This document shows, one piece after another, positions 24,393-32,537 of a stretch of 35,607 nucleotides of DNA; the first letter of the stretch is position 1; the number at the start of each line of letters is the position of its first letter. Below the pieces are notes generated by a model. That model saw nothing but the letters and a program-made list of their open reading frames with translations, was not told the origin of the DNA and made no database searches. The DNA is taken from contig CAYZCH010000027.1 of NCBI GenBank assembly GCA_964476405.1, forward strand, positions 1 through 35,607. Direction: 5' to 3'. The position numbers and the translations under genes were made by a program. This stretch comes from an uncultured Desulfurococcales archaeon (lineage in GTDB: Archaea; Thermoproteota; Thermoprotei_A; Sulfolobales; Pyrodictiaceae).

Positions 24393-25442
24393 TCAGCCGG
24401 TGCGGCGGCCTGCCAGGCTCCTGACGACCGACATGTTTAGGAGCACCTCCATGAGGTCTATCGTGTAGTCTATGAGCCTCCGCGTAGACTCGAGCGCCTT
24501 GAGGGTCTTCTCGAGCACGCCTATGTCGTCTATGCATGACGCCTCCGCGTAGACCCTCCTACCCTGCCTCCTCAGCTCCTCGGCCACCGCTATGACCTTG
24601 TCTGTGTCCGGTGTGTCCTGGCCCGAGAACACCCTGGCCGCCTCCCTGTAGAGCTTAAGGACGCTCGAGTAGTGCTGCATGTATACACCCCTTATACAGT
24701 CTGGGAGGGGGTCGCCGCCGGCAGACGCGATCGCTGCGAGGCTGTCGGCTATGCTTGACGCGTGGTCAGCCATCCTCTCGAGGATCTTGGCCGCCGAGGC
24801 GTAGAGCGATGCCTCGGCCAGGGAGCCGACCCCGAGCTCGCCCGGTGTCACGAGGCCGCGGAGCAGCTTCATTACCTGCCTGGAGACATACAGGTAGAAT
24901 TTGTCGGCGAGGTCGTCCCTCGATACTATTTCCTCTAGGAGGGGCTTAGAGGACTCCTCGAGCGCCGTCGATATATCTGTAAGCATGCTCTTCACTATCC
25001 CTATGAGCCTCCTCAGGGAAGCCGAGAGGGGGAGTGCTGTGTCGTTCACTATGCTCTGCACGGTTATGCTCGACGCTGACTCCTCGACGACCTCAACCCC
25101 TATAAGCCTGCTGTTTATGAAGCTCCTAATCCTCCTCGCCAGCCCGGTATCTATAGCCTCAGGGAACACTACCTTGATGACGTCGACGCCGGCCATATAG
25201 TAGGATATTATCCTCCTCACGACAGCCTCGAACCTAGCCCCCCGAGGCACCCTAAGAACAGCCTTCTCCCCGCCGACACCCCTCCCCCTCGAGGGGGGCA
25301 TGACGCGCAGCGAGCCGTCCGCCTCACGCACAATAACCACTACGTCGCCCTTCCCCAGCCCATGCAGCCTAACCCAGTCCTTAGGCAGGCTTATCACGTA
25401 TGAGCCGCCGCCCGTTAACTGGATGCGCCGAGTCTCCCTCAA
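24393..25442 (-). CDS. phoU: Phosphate-uptake regulator: N-terminal AbrB/SpoVT DNA-binding domain fused to PhoU repeats
   Basis: The N-terminus RRIQLTGGGSYVISLPKDWVRLHGLGKGDVVVI is an AbrB-like swapped hairpin. The rest is helical and PhoU-like (DDLADKFYLY..., ERMADHASSIADS). The gene is divergent from pstS and has a TTG start. Confidence 0.75.
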   Translation of the reverse strand: MRETRRIQLTGGGSYVISLPKDWVRLHGLGKGDVVVIVREADGSLRVMPPSRGRGVGGEKAVLRVPRGARFEAVVRRIISYYMAGVDVIKVVFPEAIDTGLARRIRSFINSRLIGVEVVEESASSITVQSIVNDTALPLSASLRRLIGIVKSMLTDISTALEESSKPLLEEIVSRDDLADKFYLYVSRQVMKLLRGLVTPGELGVGSLAEASLYASAAKILERMADHASSIADSLAAIASAGGDPLPDCIRGVYMQHYSSVLKLYREAARVFSGQDTPDTDKVIAVAEELRRQGRRVYAEASCIDDIGVLEKTLKALESTRRLIDYTIDLMEVLLNMSVVRSLAGRRTG

Positions 25443-25578
25443 GGCGCCTCACTTCCAGCAGGGCTGGGTCACCACGGCACCCCCTGTGAGCCCCGCGCAG
25501 GAGCCCTCGGGTGTCTATGCGGCGGGGTGTAACTAATACTCGTTTGGAGAGCCTCCATCGGCCAGCTGCGAGCCTCTA

Positions 25579-25608
25579 CCCTCTATACCCTTATAGAGGG
25601 GTATAGAG
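25579..25608. promoter_or_regulatory. Nested TATAGAG inverted repeats in the phoU/pstS divergent region (operator and/or paired TATA boxes)
   Basis: CTCTATACCC (25581-25590) pairs with GGGTATAGAG (25599-25608) as perfect 10-bp arms. CCCTCTATA (25579-25587) also pairs with TATAGAGGG (25592-25600). Confidence 0.45.
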
Positions 25609-25671
25609 CCTATCCACGATACCACCTTAAACACTAGCAGGGCGTCTACCCGCCAGACGCGGAGAGGGGCT

Positions 25672-26763
25672 GTGGGCAGGACTATCCTCATAGTGGTGGT
25701 CGTCGCCGTAGCCGTGGCGGCTGCAGCTGCGCTGCTCCTAATGCATGGAGGAGGGGGAGGGGGTGGCGGAGGAGTCGTAGTCCTCCGGGGGAGCGGGGCC
25801 ACCTTCCCGATGCCGGCGCTGTACCGCTGGATAGACGTCTTCACCAAGCAGCACCCCGGTATAAGGATCGACTATAGTGATGGGGGGAGCGGTAAGGGGC
25901 TCAGCGATATACTCCAGCACCTCGTCGACTTCGCCTGCAGCGACCCCCCACTACCCCGCAGTATATGGGAGAAGTATAGGGGTGAGCTCCTCCAGTTCCC
26001 CGATATAGCCGGCGCGGTGGTCGTCGTCTACAACATCCCCGGCCTCGGCAACAAGACGCTAGTGTTGTCGGGGAAGGTGCTCGCAGACATATACCTTGGG
26101 AAGGTGAAGTACTGGGACGACCCCGAGATACTGGAGCTGAACCCGGGCCTGAAGGGAGTCCTACCACACCACGAGATAATAGCTGTGCACCGCAGCGACG
26201 CGAGCGGGACGACGCAGATCTTCACCACATTCCTCTCCAAGGCTGACCCCGAGTGGGCCAAGAGGGTCGGGTACGGCAAGGTGGTTAACTGGCCCGTCGA
26301 CAGGAGCGGCAGGGGGATAGGCGCTGAGGGTAACCCGGGCGTCGCCAAGGCGGTCATGAACACGCCGTACTCGATAGGCTACGTGGAGTGGGCCTACGCG
26401 CTACGCTACAACATGAGCTACGCAGCTATACTGAACCCGCTCGGCGAGCCCGTGAAGCCGACTGTCAGGAGCGTGCTGGAGGCGGTGGCGTACATAAAGC
26501 CCCTCAGCCCGGCCGACGACTGGTCGGCCGACGCGCCCAGGGCGATCTACGCTCCGAGGAAGGGGGCCTACCCTATATCCTCGGTGTCGTTCATGCTCGT
26601 CTGGAGGAGGGTGCCGGGGGACAAGTGCGCCGCGATGAAGCAGTGGCTGCGCTTCATAGGGGAGGAGTCCTACAAGTACATCCCTGAGGGCTATGCACCC
26701 CTCCCCAAGAGCCTTAGGGAGGTCGCGTTGAAGGCGGCCGATATGCTCGAGTGCGGGGGGTGA
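25672..26763 (+). CDS. pstS: Phosphate ABC transporter substrate-binding protein
   Basis: It has an N-terminal TM anchor and a Gly9 linker, followed by GSGATFPMPALYRWIDVFTKQHPGIRIDYSDGGSGKG and HRSDASGTT. Confidence 0.9.
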   Translation: MGRTILIVVVVAVAVAAAAALLLMHGGGGGGGGGVVVLRGSGATFPMPALYRWIDVFTKQHPGIRIDYSDGGSGKGLSDILQHLVDFACSDPPLPRSIWEKYRGELLQFPDIAGAVVVVYNIPGLGNKTLVLSGKVLADIYLGKVKYWDDPEILELNPGLKGVLPHHEIIAVHRSDASGTTQIFTTFLSKADPEWAKRVGYGKVVNWPVDRSGRGIGAEGNPGVAKAVMNTPYSIGYVEWAYALRYNMSYAAILNPLGEPVKPTVRSVLEAVAYIKPLSPADDWSADAPRAIYAPRKGAYPISSVSFMLVWRRVPGDKCAAMKQWLRFIGEESYKYIPEGYAPLPKSLREVALKAADMLECGG

Positions 26764-26784
26764 GTGTTTTTGGAGTGGAGGAGG

Positions 26785-27717
26785 ATGAGTAGGGGTGACC
26801 GCCGCTTCCTGCTGAGCCTCATCCCCTTCCCGCTCATCCTCCTCGGAGTCCTCCTCTCCATGCTGGCCGTATTCATCATAAAGTCGCTCCCGATCCTCGA
26901 GAAGGAGGGGCTAAGCGTATTCACGACCAACGTCTGGAGGGCTTCCGAGACCAACCCCGCCGCAGAGCAATACGGCCTCCTCGCCGCCATATGGGGCAGC
27001 GTCTACACGGGCATCATAGCAGTCCTCGTCGGCGGGGCGCTCTCTATAGGGTTCGCAGTCACCGTCGAGGAGCTGGCCGGGGGGAGGATCAGGGAGCTCC
27101 TCTCCGGCCTCATGGACATGATGGCTGCGACGCCGACCATAATATACGGTTTATGGGGCGTCGTGTACCTGGCCCCGCTGCTGAGGAACTACGTCTACCT
27201 CCCGCTCCACCGCTACCTCGGCTGGCTGCCCTTCTTCCAGGAGTACCCGACGACGGGCTACACTATAGGGACCGCCGGCGTGCTCCTCGGCATAATGATA
27301 ACGCCCTACGCCGCGATGATCATAAGGGAGGCGTACGCCTCGATACCCTTCAGCCTACGGGAGGCCGCCTACGGGATAGGGGCCACGAGGTTCGAGGCGA
27401 TAAGGCTCCAGCTAGGCCTCGTCAAGCCGGCGGTAATCTCGGCGCTCGTCCTGGGCTACGGGAGGGCCATAGGCGAGACCGTGGCCGTCGCCCTCGTGGT
27501 CGGCAACTGTAGGAGCATAACGCTCAGCATAACAGCCCCCGGGATAACGGTCGCCAGCCTCATAGCCAGCATGTTCAAGGCGGCCGCATACTACCACTAC
27601 ATGGAGAGCGCCCTGTACGCCGGCGGCCTAGCCCTCTTCCTCATAGGCCTAGCCGTGAACCTCGCAGGCCTCTACCTCGTGAGGAGGTGGGAGGAGAAAT
27701 GGGCGAAGTACATGTAG
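26785..27717 (+). CDS. pstC: Phosphate ABC transporter permease PstC
   Basis: It is a polytopic protein with the EAA-loop REAAYGIGATRFE. The ATG at 26785 follows GGAGTGGAGGAGG, and the ORF is open from the GTG at 26764. Confidence 0.85.
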   Translation: MSRGDRRFLLSLIPFPLILLGVLLSMLAVFIIKSLPILEKEGLSVFTTNVWRASETNPAAEQYGLLAAIWGSVYTGIIAVLVGGALSIGFAVTVEELAGGRIRELLSGLMDMMAATPTIIYGLWGVVYLAPLLRNYVYLPLHRYLGWLPFFQEYPTTGYTIGTAGVLLGIMITPYAAMIIREAYASIPFSLREAAYGIGATRFEAIRLQLGLVKPAVISALVLGYGRAIGETVAVALVVGNCRSITLSITAPGITVASLIASMFKAAAYYHYMESALYAGGLALFLIGLAVNLAGLYLVRRWEEKWAKYM

Positions 27718-28571
27718 GCGTCGGGCTCGCCAGGAGGGTTAAGAACGCCCTGGGCCTAGCCGTGCTCGTCGCGCTAGCATGCATCGCCCTCCTACCACTA
27801 CTCCACATAGCCGTCAGCGTGTTCGCCCAGGGCGCCTCGACGATAATGAAGTCTGGGCTGCCCGAGTTCCTGCTCGGAACCCCGCACCCCATGAACCCCG
27901 CAGACCCTGGTGGTATAGGACCGGCGCTCGAGGGCACACTCATAATACTCGCGCTCAGCCTATGCATAACGATACCCGTGGCGCTCAACACGAGCATATT
28001 CATAGCCGAGTTCAAGGGCACCGGTATCTCGAGGGCAGCCCTCCTGCTAAGCCTCCTACTCGTCGAGTTCCCGACGATACTCGTCGGCCTCTACATATAC
28101 AGCGTCGTCGTCGAGCCCATGCACAGGTTCAGCCTCCTGGCCGGCGCCCTCGCCGTCTCCATAGTGATGCTCCCATACATGGTCGTCGAGATGAGCGAGG
28201 CGCTGAAGAGTATACCGAGGGAGCTGAGGGAGGCAGCCTACAGCCTCGGCGCCTCAAGGTTCAAGACCGTCTACAGGATCCTCCTCGGGGCCGCCAAGAG
28301 AGGTATACTAGCCGGGATCCTGCTGGGCGCGGCTAAGGCCGTCGGCGAGACCGCACCACTCCTCTTCACCCTCTACGGGGCCTTTAACACGTACCCGCGG
28401 AGCATCCTAGACCCCGGTGCAGCCGTCTCGCTGCTGATCTACGAGTATGCCTGGCAGCCGTCCCCCGGGTTCAGGGAGCTGGCGTGGGGGGCGGCGCTCG
28501 TCCTCCTAGTGATGGTGGGCGTCCTCGTGGCCGTCGCGAGGATGATCGGGGGCAGGAGGGTCATCTACTAG
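27687..28571 (+). CDS. pstA: Phosphate ABC transporter permease PstA
   Basis: It is a polytopic protein with the EAA-loop REAAYSLGASRFKTV. An alternative start is the ATG at 27699. Confidence 0.85.
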   Translation: MGGEMGEVHVGVGLARRVKNALGLAVLVALACIALLPLLHIAVSVFAQGASTIMKSGLPEFLLGTPHPMNPADPGGIGPALEGTLIILALSLCITIPVALNTSIFIAEFKGTGISRAALLLSLLLVEFPTILVGLYIYSVVVEPMHRFSLLAGALAVSIVMLPYMVVEMSEALKSIPRELREAAYSLGASRFKTVYRILLGAAKRGILAGILLGAAKAVGETAPLLFTLYGAFNTYPRSILDPGAAVSLLIYEYAWQPSPGFRELAWGAALVLLVMVGVLVAVARMIGGRRVIY

Positions 28572-28984
28572 GCTAGGCGTCCCTCCTCCCCCTTGTAGAT
28601 GCAGCCTATGGACTCGAGAACCTCCACCGCCTCCCTCCTGTACTGGCTCGGGACGAAGAGGTAGTCGTGCTCGTAGCAGCTGTAGGCGAGTATCGATATA
28701 CCCCTCCTCGCGAGCGCCGTGCTGACAGCGGCTATGAACCCAACGGTACCCGGGTCGAGGGGCTCAAACACTATGGCGGCCAGGGGCCCCATGCACTTCT
28801 CCCCCCTCTTCTCGCCGGAGATACAGGTGTAGGTGCCGTACACGCTCCTCACAGTCACCAGGCACCTGCCCGGATCCGGCGGGCTGCCGCCTACAAGGCA
28901 GAGCCAGAGGCCATCCACAACCGTGAAGCCCAGATCCTCCGGGCACCGTAGGAGGGGGTCTAGCAGTGTCACGCCGCAGCGCAC
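28568..28984 (-). CDS. ACT-domain (ACT_7-like) small-molecule-binding protein
   Basis: The C-terminus GTVGFIAAVSTALARRGISILAYSCYEHDYLFVPSQYRREAVEVLESIG fits the ACT pattern. The ORF is open to the ATG at 29050, but TAAATAAA abuts that ATG, so I prefer the GTG at 28984. The start is uncertain. Confidence 0.6.
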   Translation of the reverse strand: MRCGVTLLDPLLRCPEDLGFTVVDGLWLCLVGGSPPDPGRCLVTVRSVYGTYTCISGEKRGEKCMGPLAAIVFEPLDPGTVGFIAAVSTALARRGISILAYSCYEHDYLFVPSQYRREAVEVLESIGCIYKGEEGRLA

Positions 28985-29134
28985 CCGGGCCCTAGAGGGC
29001 CTGGGGCTGGTGGGCTGTAAGCCTTGTCCCCCAGGGAGCCCACCGCGCATGTTTATTTACACTCCTTCGAGGGAGGCCTCACCCATCTGTAAGGCCCCAC
29101 ATATTGGAGCCCCGGGCTCCGTGGTGTTAAATCG

Positions 29135-30049
29135 GTGGAGTATAGAGCCTTGAGGGGCGGCAGCGGCTCCGTCAGGGTCAGCGTCGACGGCGTCAAGCAC
29201 CATAGGGGTACGAGTGTGGAGGTCAAACCCTTCACCCTCCTCCTAGGCCCCCCGGGCGCGGGTAAGTCCAGCTTCGCGCGCGCCCTCTACCTGGCCGTCT
29301 GGCTCGCGTATGGGAGGAGGCCGGACAAGCTCATACCAGCGGTTCTGGCGCCGCCGCCGGAGAGGTTCTGCGTCGGTATGGGGGGCTCGCGTGTCTGTTG
29401 GAGGGGTGGCGGCGTCGACGTTGAGGGAGGGGTTCCGTGGAGCGGGGCGGTGCTGCTCCCCTGCGACTACTACTCCAAGCTCCGGATGATGAACGAGCTG
29501 GGCATAGTGGCCGCTACCGTTGTGAGGGGTAGGCTGAGGAGCACGGGCTTCGGCGTACTCCTCGGGGTGGCCATGAAGACCCTCGGCGAGGCCAGCTTCC
29601 TCGGGAGCCTCGGCCTGCTCGCCTCAGACCTCTCCCACGTGTACCGGGGGGAGCACCTGCTCACCCCGCTCGGCGGGCTGGCGAGGATAGTCAATGGCGC
29701 CATGAAACCGGTCATGGAGAGGCTTATGAGGGGCTTGAACCCCTCCTCCTCGCCCACCAGCGTGCTGGCCGCGAGGGCGCTTAGGAGCCTCCTCCTCGAC
29801 GCACCCCCCTTAACGCTGCTCGTGGCCGAGGAGCCCTTCCTACCCCTGCTCGGGGCGCCCGACACGGTGTTCGCCGGCGAGGCTGCGGAGAGGGTTAGGA
29901 GGGGGGAGGTGTACGTCGTCGCCACGCTATCGCTCAGCCACAGGGAGGACGCCGTGAGGGCTGCCAAGAGGATACTGGAGGGCACAGGCCTCCAGGGCTC
30001 GGCCGCCGTGTACGTGTTTACGGGCGGGGGCGCGGAGAGGGTGCTGTAG
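29135..30049 (+). CDS. Uncharacterised P-loop NTPase (possibly ABC/AAA_21-like fold)
   Basis: The Walker A motif LLLGPPGAGKS lies at 29246-29269 and follows a beta-rich N-terminus. A distal acidic box LTLLVAEEPF lies at 29810-29836, followed by VYVVATLS, which resembles the Walker B and H-loop spacing of ABC-type ATPases. Confidence 0.5.
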   Translation: MEYRALRGGSGSVRVSVDGVKHHRGTSVEVKPFTLLLGPPGAGKSSFARALYLAVWLAYGRRPDKLIPAVLAPPPERFCVGMGGSRVCWRGGGVDVEGGVPWSGAVLLPCDYYSKLRMMNELGIVAATVVRGRLRSTGFGVLLGVAMKTLGEASFLGSLGLLASDLSHVYRGEHLLTPLGGLARIVNGAMKPVMERLMRGLNPSSSPTSVLAARALRSLLLDAPPLTLLVAEEPFLPLLGAPDTVFAGEAAERVRRGEVYVVATLSLSHREDAVRAAKRILEGTGLQGSAAVYVFTGGGAERVL

Positions 30050-30127
30050 GGCCCTAAGAACGCGTGTCACCTACTCCAAGGGGTTACCCCGGCCCCGCCA
30101 CACTAGCACGCGTAGACGGGGCCCGCT

Positions 30128-31060
30128 GTGCCTGCACTCGAGCTCCCGCCGCCGCCCGAGGACATACTGGAGATGGACAACGAGGAGGTACTCGAAGAGT
30201 TCCTGGCGGCGCTCATGGCTGCCGGCGCGAGCGAGAAGACTATAAAGTCGTACAGGGCCGCCATAGCAGACTTCCTAGCCTTCATCAAGGATAAGAGGCT
30301 GAGGGATGTGAAGAGCAGCGACGTGAGGAGGTGGCTACAGGACAGGCTCGCCAGGGCCAGGGGTAGGGGCTGGGAGGAGAGGAGGAGGGTGCAGGTAACG
30401 ATGCACTACTACAGCCTGTTCCTCCGCAGGTTCCTCCGCTGGGCCGGGGTGAGGGCGAGGGTCCCCGTCGTGCGTAAGCCCAGGAGGGGGGTTGTCGACG
30501 CCCTTACCAGGGAGGAGGTGTTGAAGCTGTTGAGGGCAGCCAGGGACACGTTAGACCTGCTGATAGTGTCGCTCCTCCTCGAGACGGGTCTCAGGGCCGA
30601 GGAGGCCGTCTCGCTGAGGCTGAGGGATATAGACTTGGAGAGGAGGGAGATAAGGGTGAGGAACGCGAAGTACGGCGAGGAGAGGATAGTCTTCTACGGT
30701 GACATGACCGCGGAGGCGCTGAGGGCCTGGCTGGAGGAAAACCCTGGACTGGGGCCGGACGACCGCCTACTCGGCATAAGCTACTCGGCGCTCTACAAGA
30801 GGTTGAAGAGGCTCGCTGAGAGGGCTGGCGTCGACCCGAGGAGGGTGAGGCCGCACGTCCTCCGCCACACATTCGCAACCGAGGCCCTCAGGAGGGGGAT
30901 GTCGCTGCCGGCCGTCCAGAGGCTCCTCGGCCACCACGACGTGAGGGTCACAGAGATCTACCTCCACCTCGTGAACGACGATATACGCCGCCAGTACGAG
31001 GCCGCCTTCACCGCCGCTGGTAGGAGGAGGGGTAGGCTACTTGAGGAGGCCGAGGTATAG
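30128..31060 (+). CDS. xerA: Tyrosine recombinase, XerA/XerC-D type
   Basis: It has an N-terminal SAM-like core-binding domain (EEFLAALMAAGASEKTIKSYRAAIADFLAFI). Catalytic residues appear in ETGLRAEE, HVLRHTFAT and LLGHHDVRVTEIYLH. An alternative start is the ATG at 30173. Confidence 0.85.
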   Translation: MPALELPPPPEDILEMDNEEVLEEFLAALMAAGASEKTIKSYRAAIADFLAFIKDKRLRDVKSSDVRRWLQDRLARARGRGWEERRRVQVTMHYYSLFLRRFLRWAGVRARVPVVRKPRRGVVDALTREEVLKLLRAARDTLDLLIVSLLLETGLRAEEAVSLRLRDIDLERREIRVRNAKYGEERIVFYGDMTAEALRAWLEENPGLGPDDRLLGISYSALYKRLKRLAERAGVDPRRVRPHVLRHTFATEALRRGMSLPAVQRLLGHHDVRVTEIYLHLVNDDIRRQYEAAFTAAGRRRGRLLEEAEV

Positions 31061-31771
31061 CTTGCCCAGCTCGGGGTGCGACAGTATCTCCGTGGAGGGC
31101 CCCTCGTATATCACCTGGCCCTGAACCATTATGTAGCCCCTGTCGCTTATCTCGAGGGCCCTCTTAGCGTTCTGCTCGACGAGGATGACGGTTATCCCGC
31201 TCCTCGCTATCTGTATAATCGTCTTGAACACCTCCTCAGCCACCTTCGGGGAGAGCGCGGCCGTCGGCTCGTCGAGGAGCATCAGCCTAGGCTCCATCAT
31301 CAGCGCCCTCCCTATGGCCAGCATCTGCCTCTCCCCGCCGCTCAGCGTGCCGGCCTTCTGCCTCCTCCTCTCACGCAGCACCGGGAACATGTCGAAGACC
31401 TCCTCCATCTTCCTCTTCAGCTTACCAGTGTCCCTCAGCACGAGGCCGGCTATCTTGAGGTTCTCCTCCACGGAGAGGCTGGGGAACACGTTGTTCACCT
31501 GCGGCACATACGTCACACCGTGATAGGGCTTCCTGTTTGGCGGGGTTCTCGTCATGTCCTTGTCCCCTATTATTATCCTCCCCCTGTATATGCTCGTGAA
31601 CCCCATTATCGTCTTGAGCAGCGTCGACTTCCCGCTACCGTTAGGCCCGACTATCGCGACGAGCTCGCCTGGCTCAGCGTACATGTTGACGCCGTGGAGT
31701 ATCTCCAGTTTGCCGTAGCCCGCGTATATATCGACGACTCTTAACGGGAGGCCCTCCGGCACGGCCACCAC
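31037..31771 (-). CDS. livF: Branched-chain amino acid ABC transporter ATP-binding protein (LivF-type)
   Basis: It has GPNGSGKSTLLKT, LSGGERQMLAIGRAL and LLDEPTAALSP. Confidence 0.9.
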   Translation of the reverse strand: MVAVPEGLPLRVVDIYAGYGKLEILHGVNMYAEPGELVAIVGPNGSGKSTLLKTIMGFTSIYRGRIIIGDKDMTRTPPNRKPYHGVTYVPQVNNVFPSLSVEENLKIAGLVLRDTGKLKRKMEEVFDMFPVLRERRRQKAGTLSGGERQMLAIGRALMMEPRLMLLDEPTAALSPKVAEEVFKTIIQIARSGITVILVEQNAKRALEISDRGYIMVQGQVIYEGPSTEILSHPELGKLYLGLLK

Positions 31772-31773
31772 CC

Positions 31774-32535
31774 CTATCCTCCAAGGTATACGTCTATCAC
31801 TACGGGGTTCTCCGCCACCTCCTCGGGCTTACCCTCAGCTATTACCCTGCCGCGGTGCATCACGTACACGTAGTCGACGTAGTCGAAGAGTATCTCGAGC
31901 CTGTGCTCTATAATGAAGAATGTTAAGCCGTACTCGTCCCTCAGCCTCGATATGTTCTGGAATATCTGGTGGGCGAGCGTCGGGTTGACGCCCGCGGCGG
32001 GCTCGTCGAGGAGCAGCATCTTCGCCTTAGACATCAGGGCCCTCGCTAGCTCGGTGAGCTTCATCTGGCCCCCGCTTATATCGGAGGAGAGGGAGGCCGC
32101 GACCCTCCCGAGCTGCACGAACCTCACCCAGTCGAGGGCCTTCCTCGCGTAGTCGACCTCCTGGCCCCTCCACAGCCTGTGCACGGGGGCCCTAACCGGG
32201 TTCTCCCCCTTCTGATCCCTCCCGGCGGCCAGCACGTTTTCGAAGACTGTGAGGCTCAGCCACAGCCTCGGGTTCTGGAAGGTCCTGACGAGGCCCAGCT
32301 TGTATATCTTGTGCGGCTTCCAGCCCGTTATGTCGACCCCATCGAAGATGACCCTCCCCCTGTCAGGCTTGTACCTGCCGGCTATCGTGTTGAACAGCGT
32401 CGACTTCCCGCTCCCGTTGGGGCCTATTAGCCCCACTATCCCCTTCTCCGGTATCCTGAGGCTGACGCCGTCGACTGCCCTTATGCCGCCGAAGTACTTG
32501 TGTAGATCCTCGACCACGAGTATGTCCCTCGCCAC
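31774..32535 (-). CDS. livG: Branched-chain amino acid ABC transporter ATP-binding protein (LivG-type)
   Basis: It has FGGIRAVDGVSL, GPNGSGKSTLFN, ISGGQMKLTELARAL, LLDEPAAGVNP and the C-terminal VIDVYLG. Confidence 0.9.
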   Translation of the reverse strand: MARDILVVEDLHKYFGGIRAVDGVSLRIPEKGIVGLIGPNGSGKSTLFNTIAGRYKPDRGRVIFDGVDITGWKPHKIYKLGLVRTFQNPRLWLSLTVFENVLAAGRDQKGENPVRAPVHRLWRGQEVDYARKALDWVRFVQLGRVAASLSSDISGGQMKLTELARALMSKAKMLLLDEPAAGVNPTLAHQIFQNISRLRDEYGLTFFIIEHRLEILFDYVDYVYVMHRGRVIAEGKPEEVAENPVVIDVYLGG

Positions 32536-32537
32536 GG

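Noticed and set aside
25747-25773. G-run DNA (GGAGGAGGGGGAGGGGGTGGCGGAGGA) as a G-quadruplex regulatory element
   Set aside because: It is fully explained as nine consecutive Gly codons of the PstS linker, and there is no independent evidence for a structural role.
25533-25847. Minus-strand 104-aa ORF with poly-Pro, poly-Ala and poly-Thr runs spanning the phoU/pstS intergenic region
   Set aside because: Its low-complexity runs are the reverse complement of the pstS signal-anchor and Gly9 coding region, so it is a mirror artefact.
30128-31060. Tyrosine recombinase as a marker of an integrated virus, plasmid or genomic island
   Set aside because: The domain layout is XerA/XerCD-like rather than SSV- or pNOB8-type. 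I see no flanking direct repeats, no tRNA target, no compositional shift and no viral or plasmid genes. The neighbours are housekeeping transporters.
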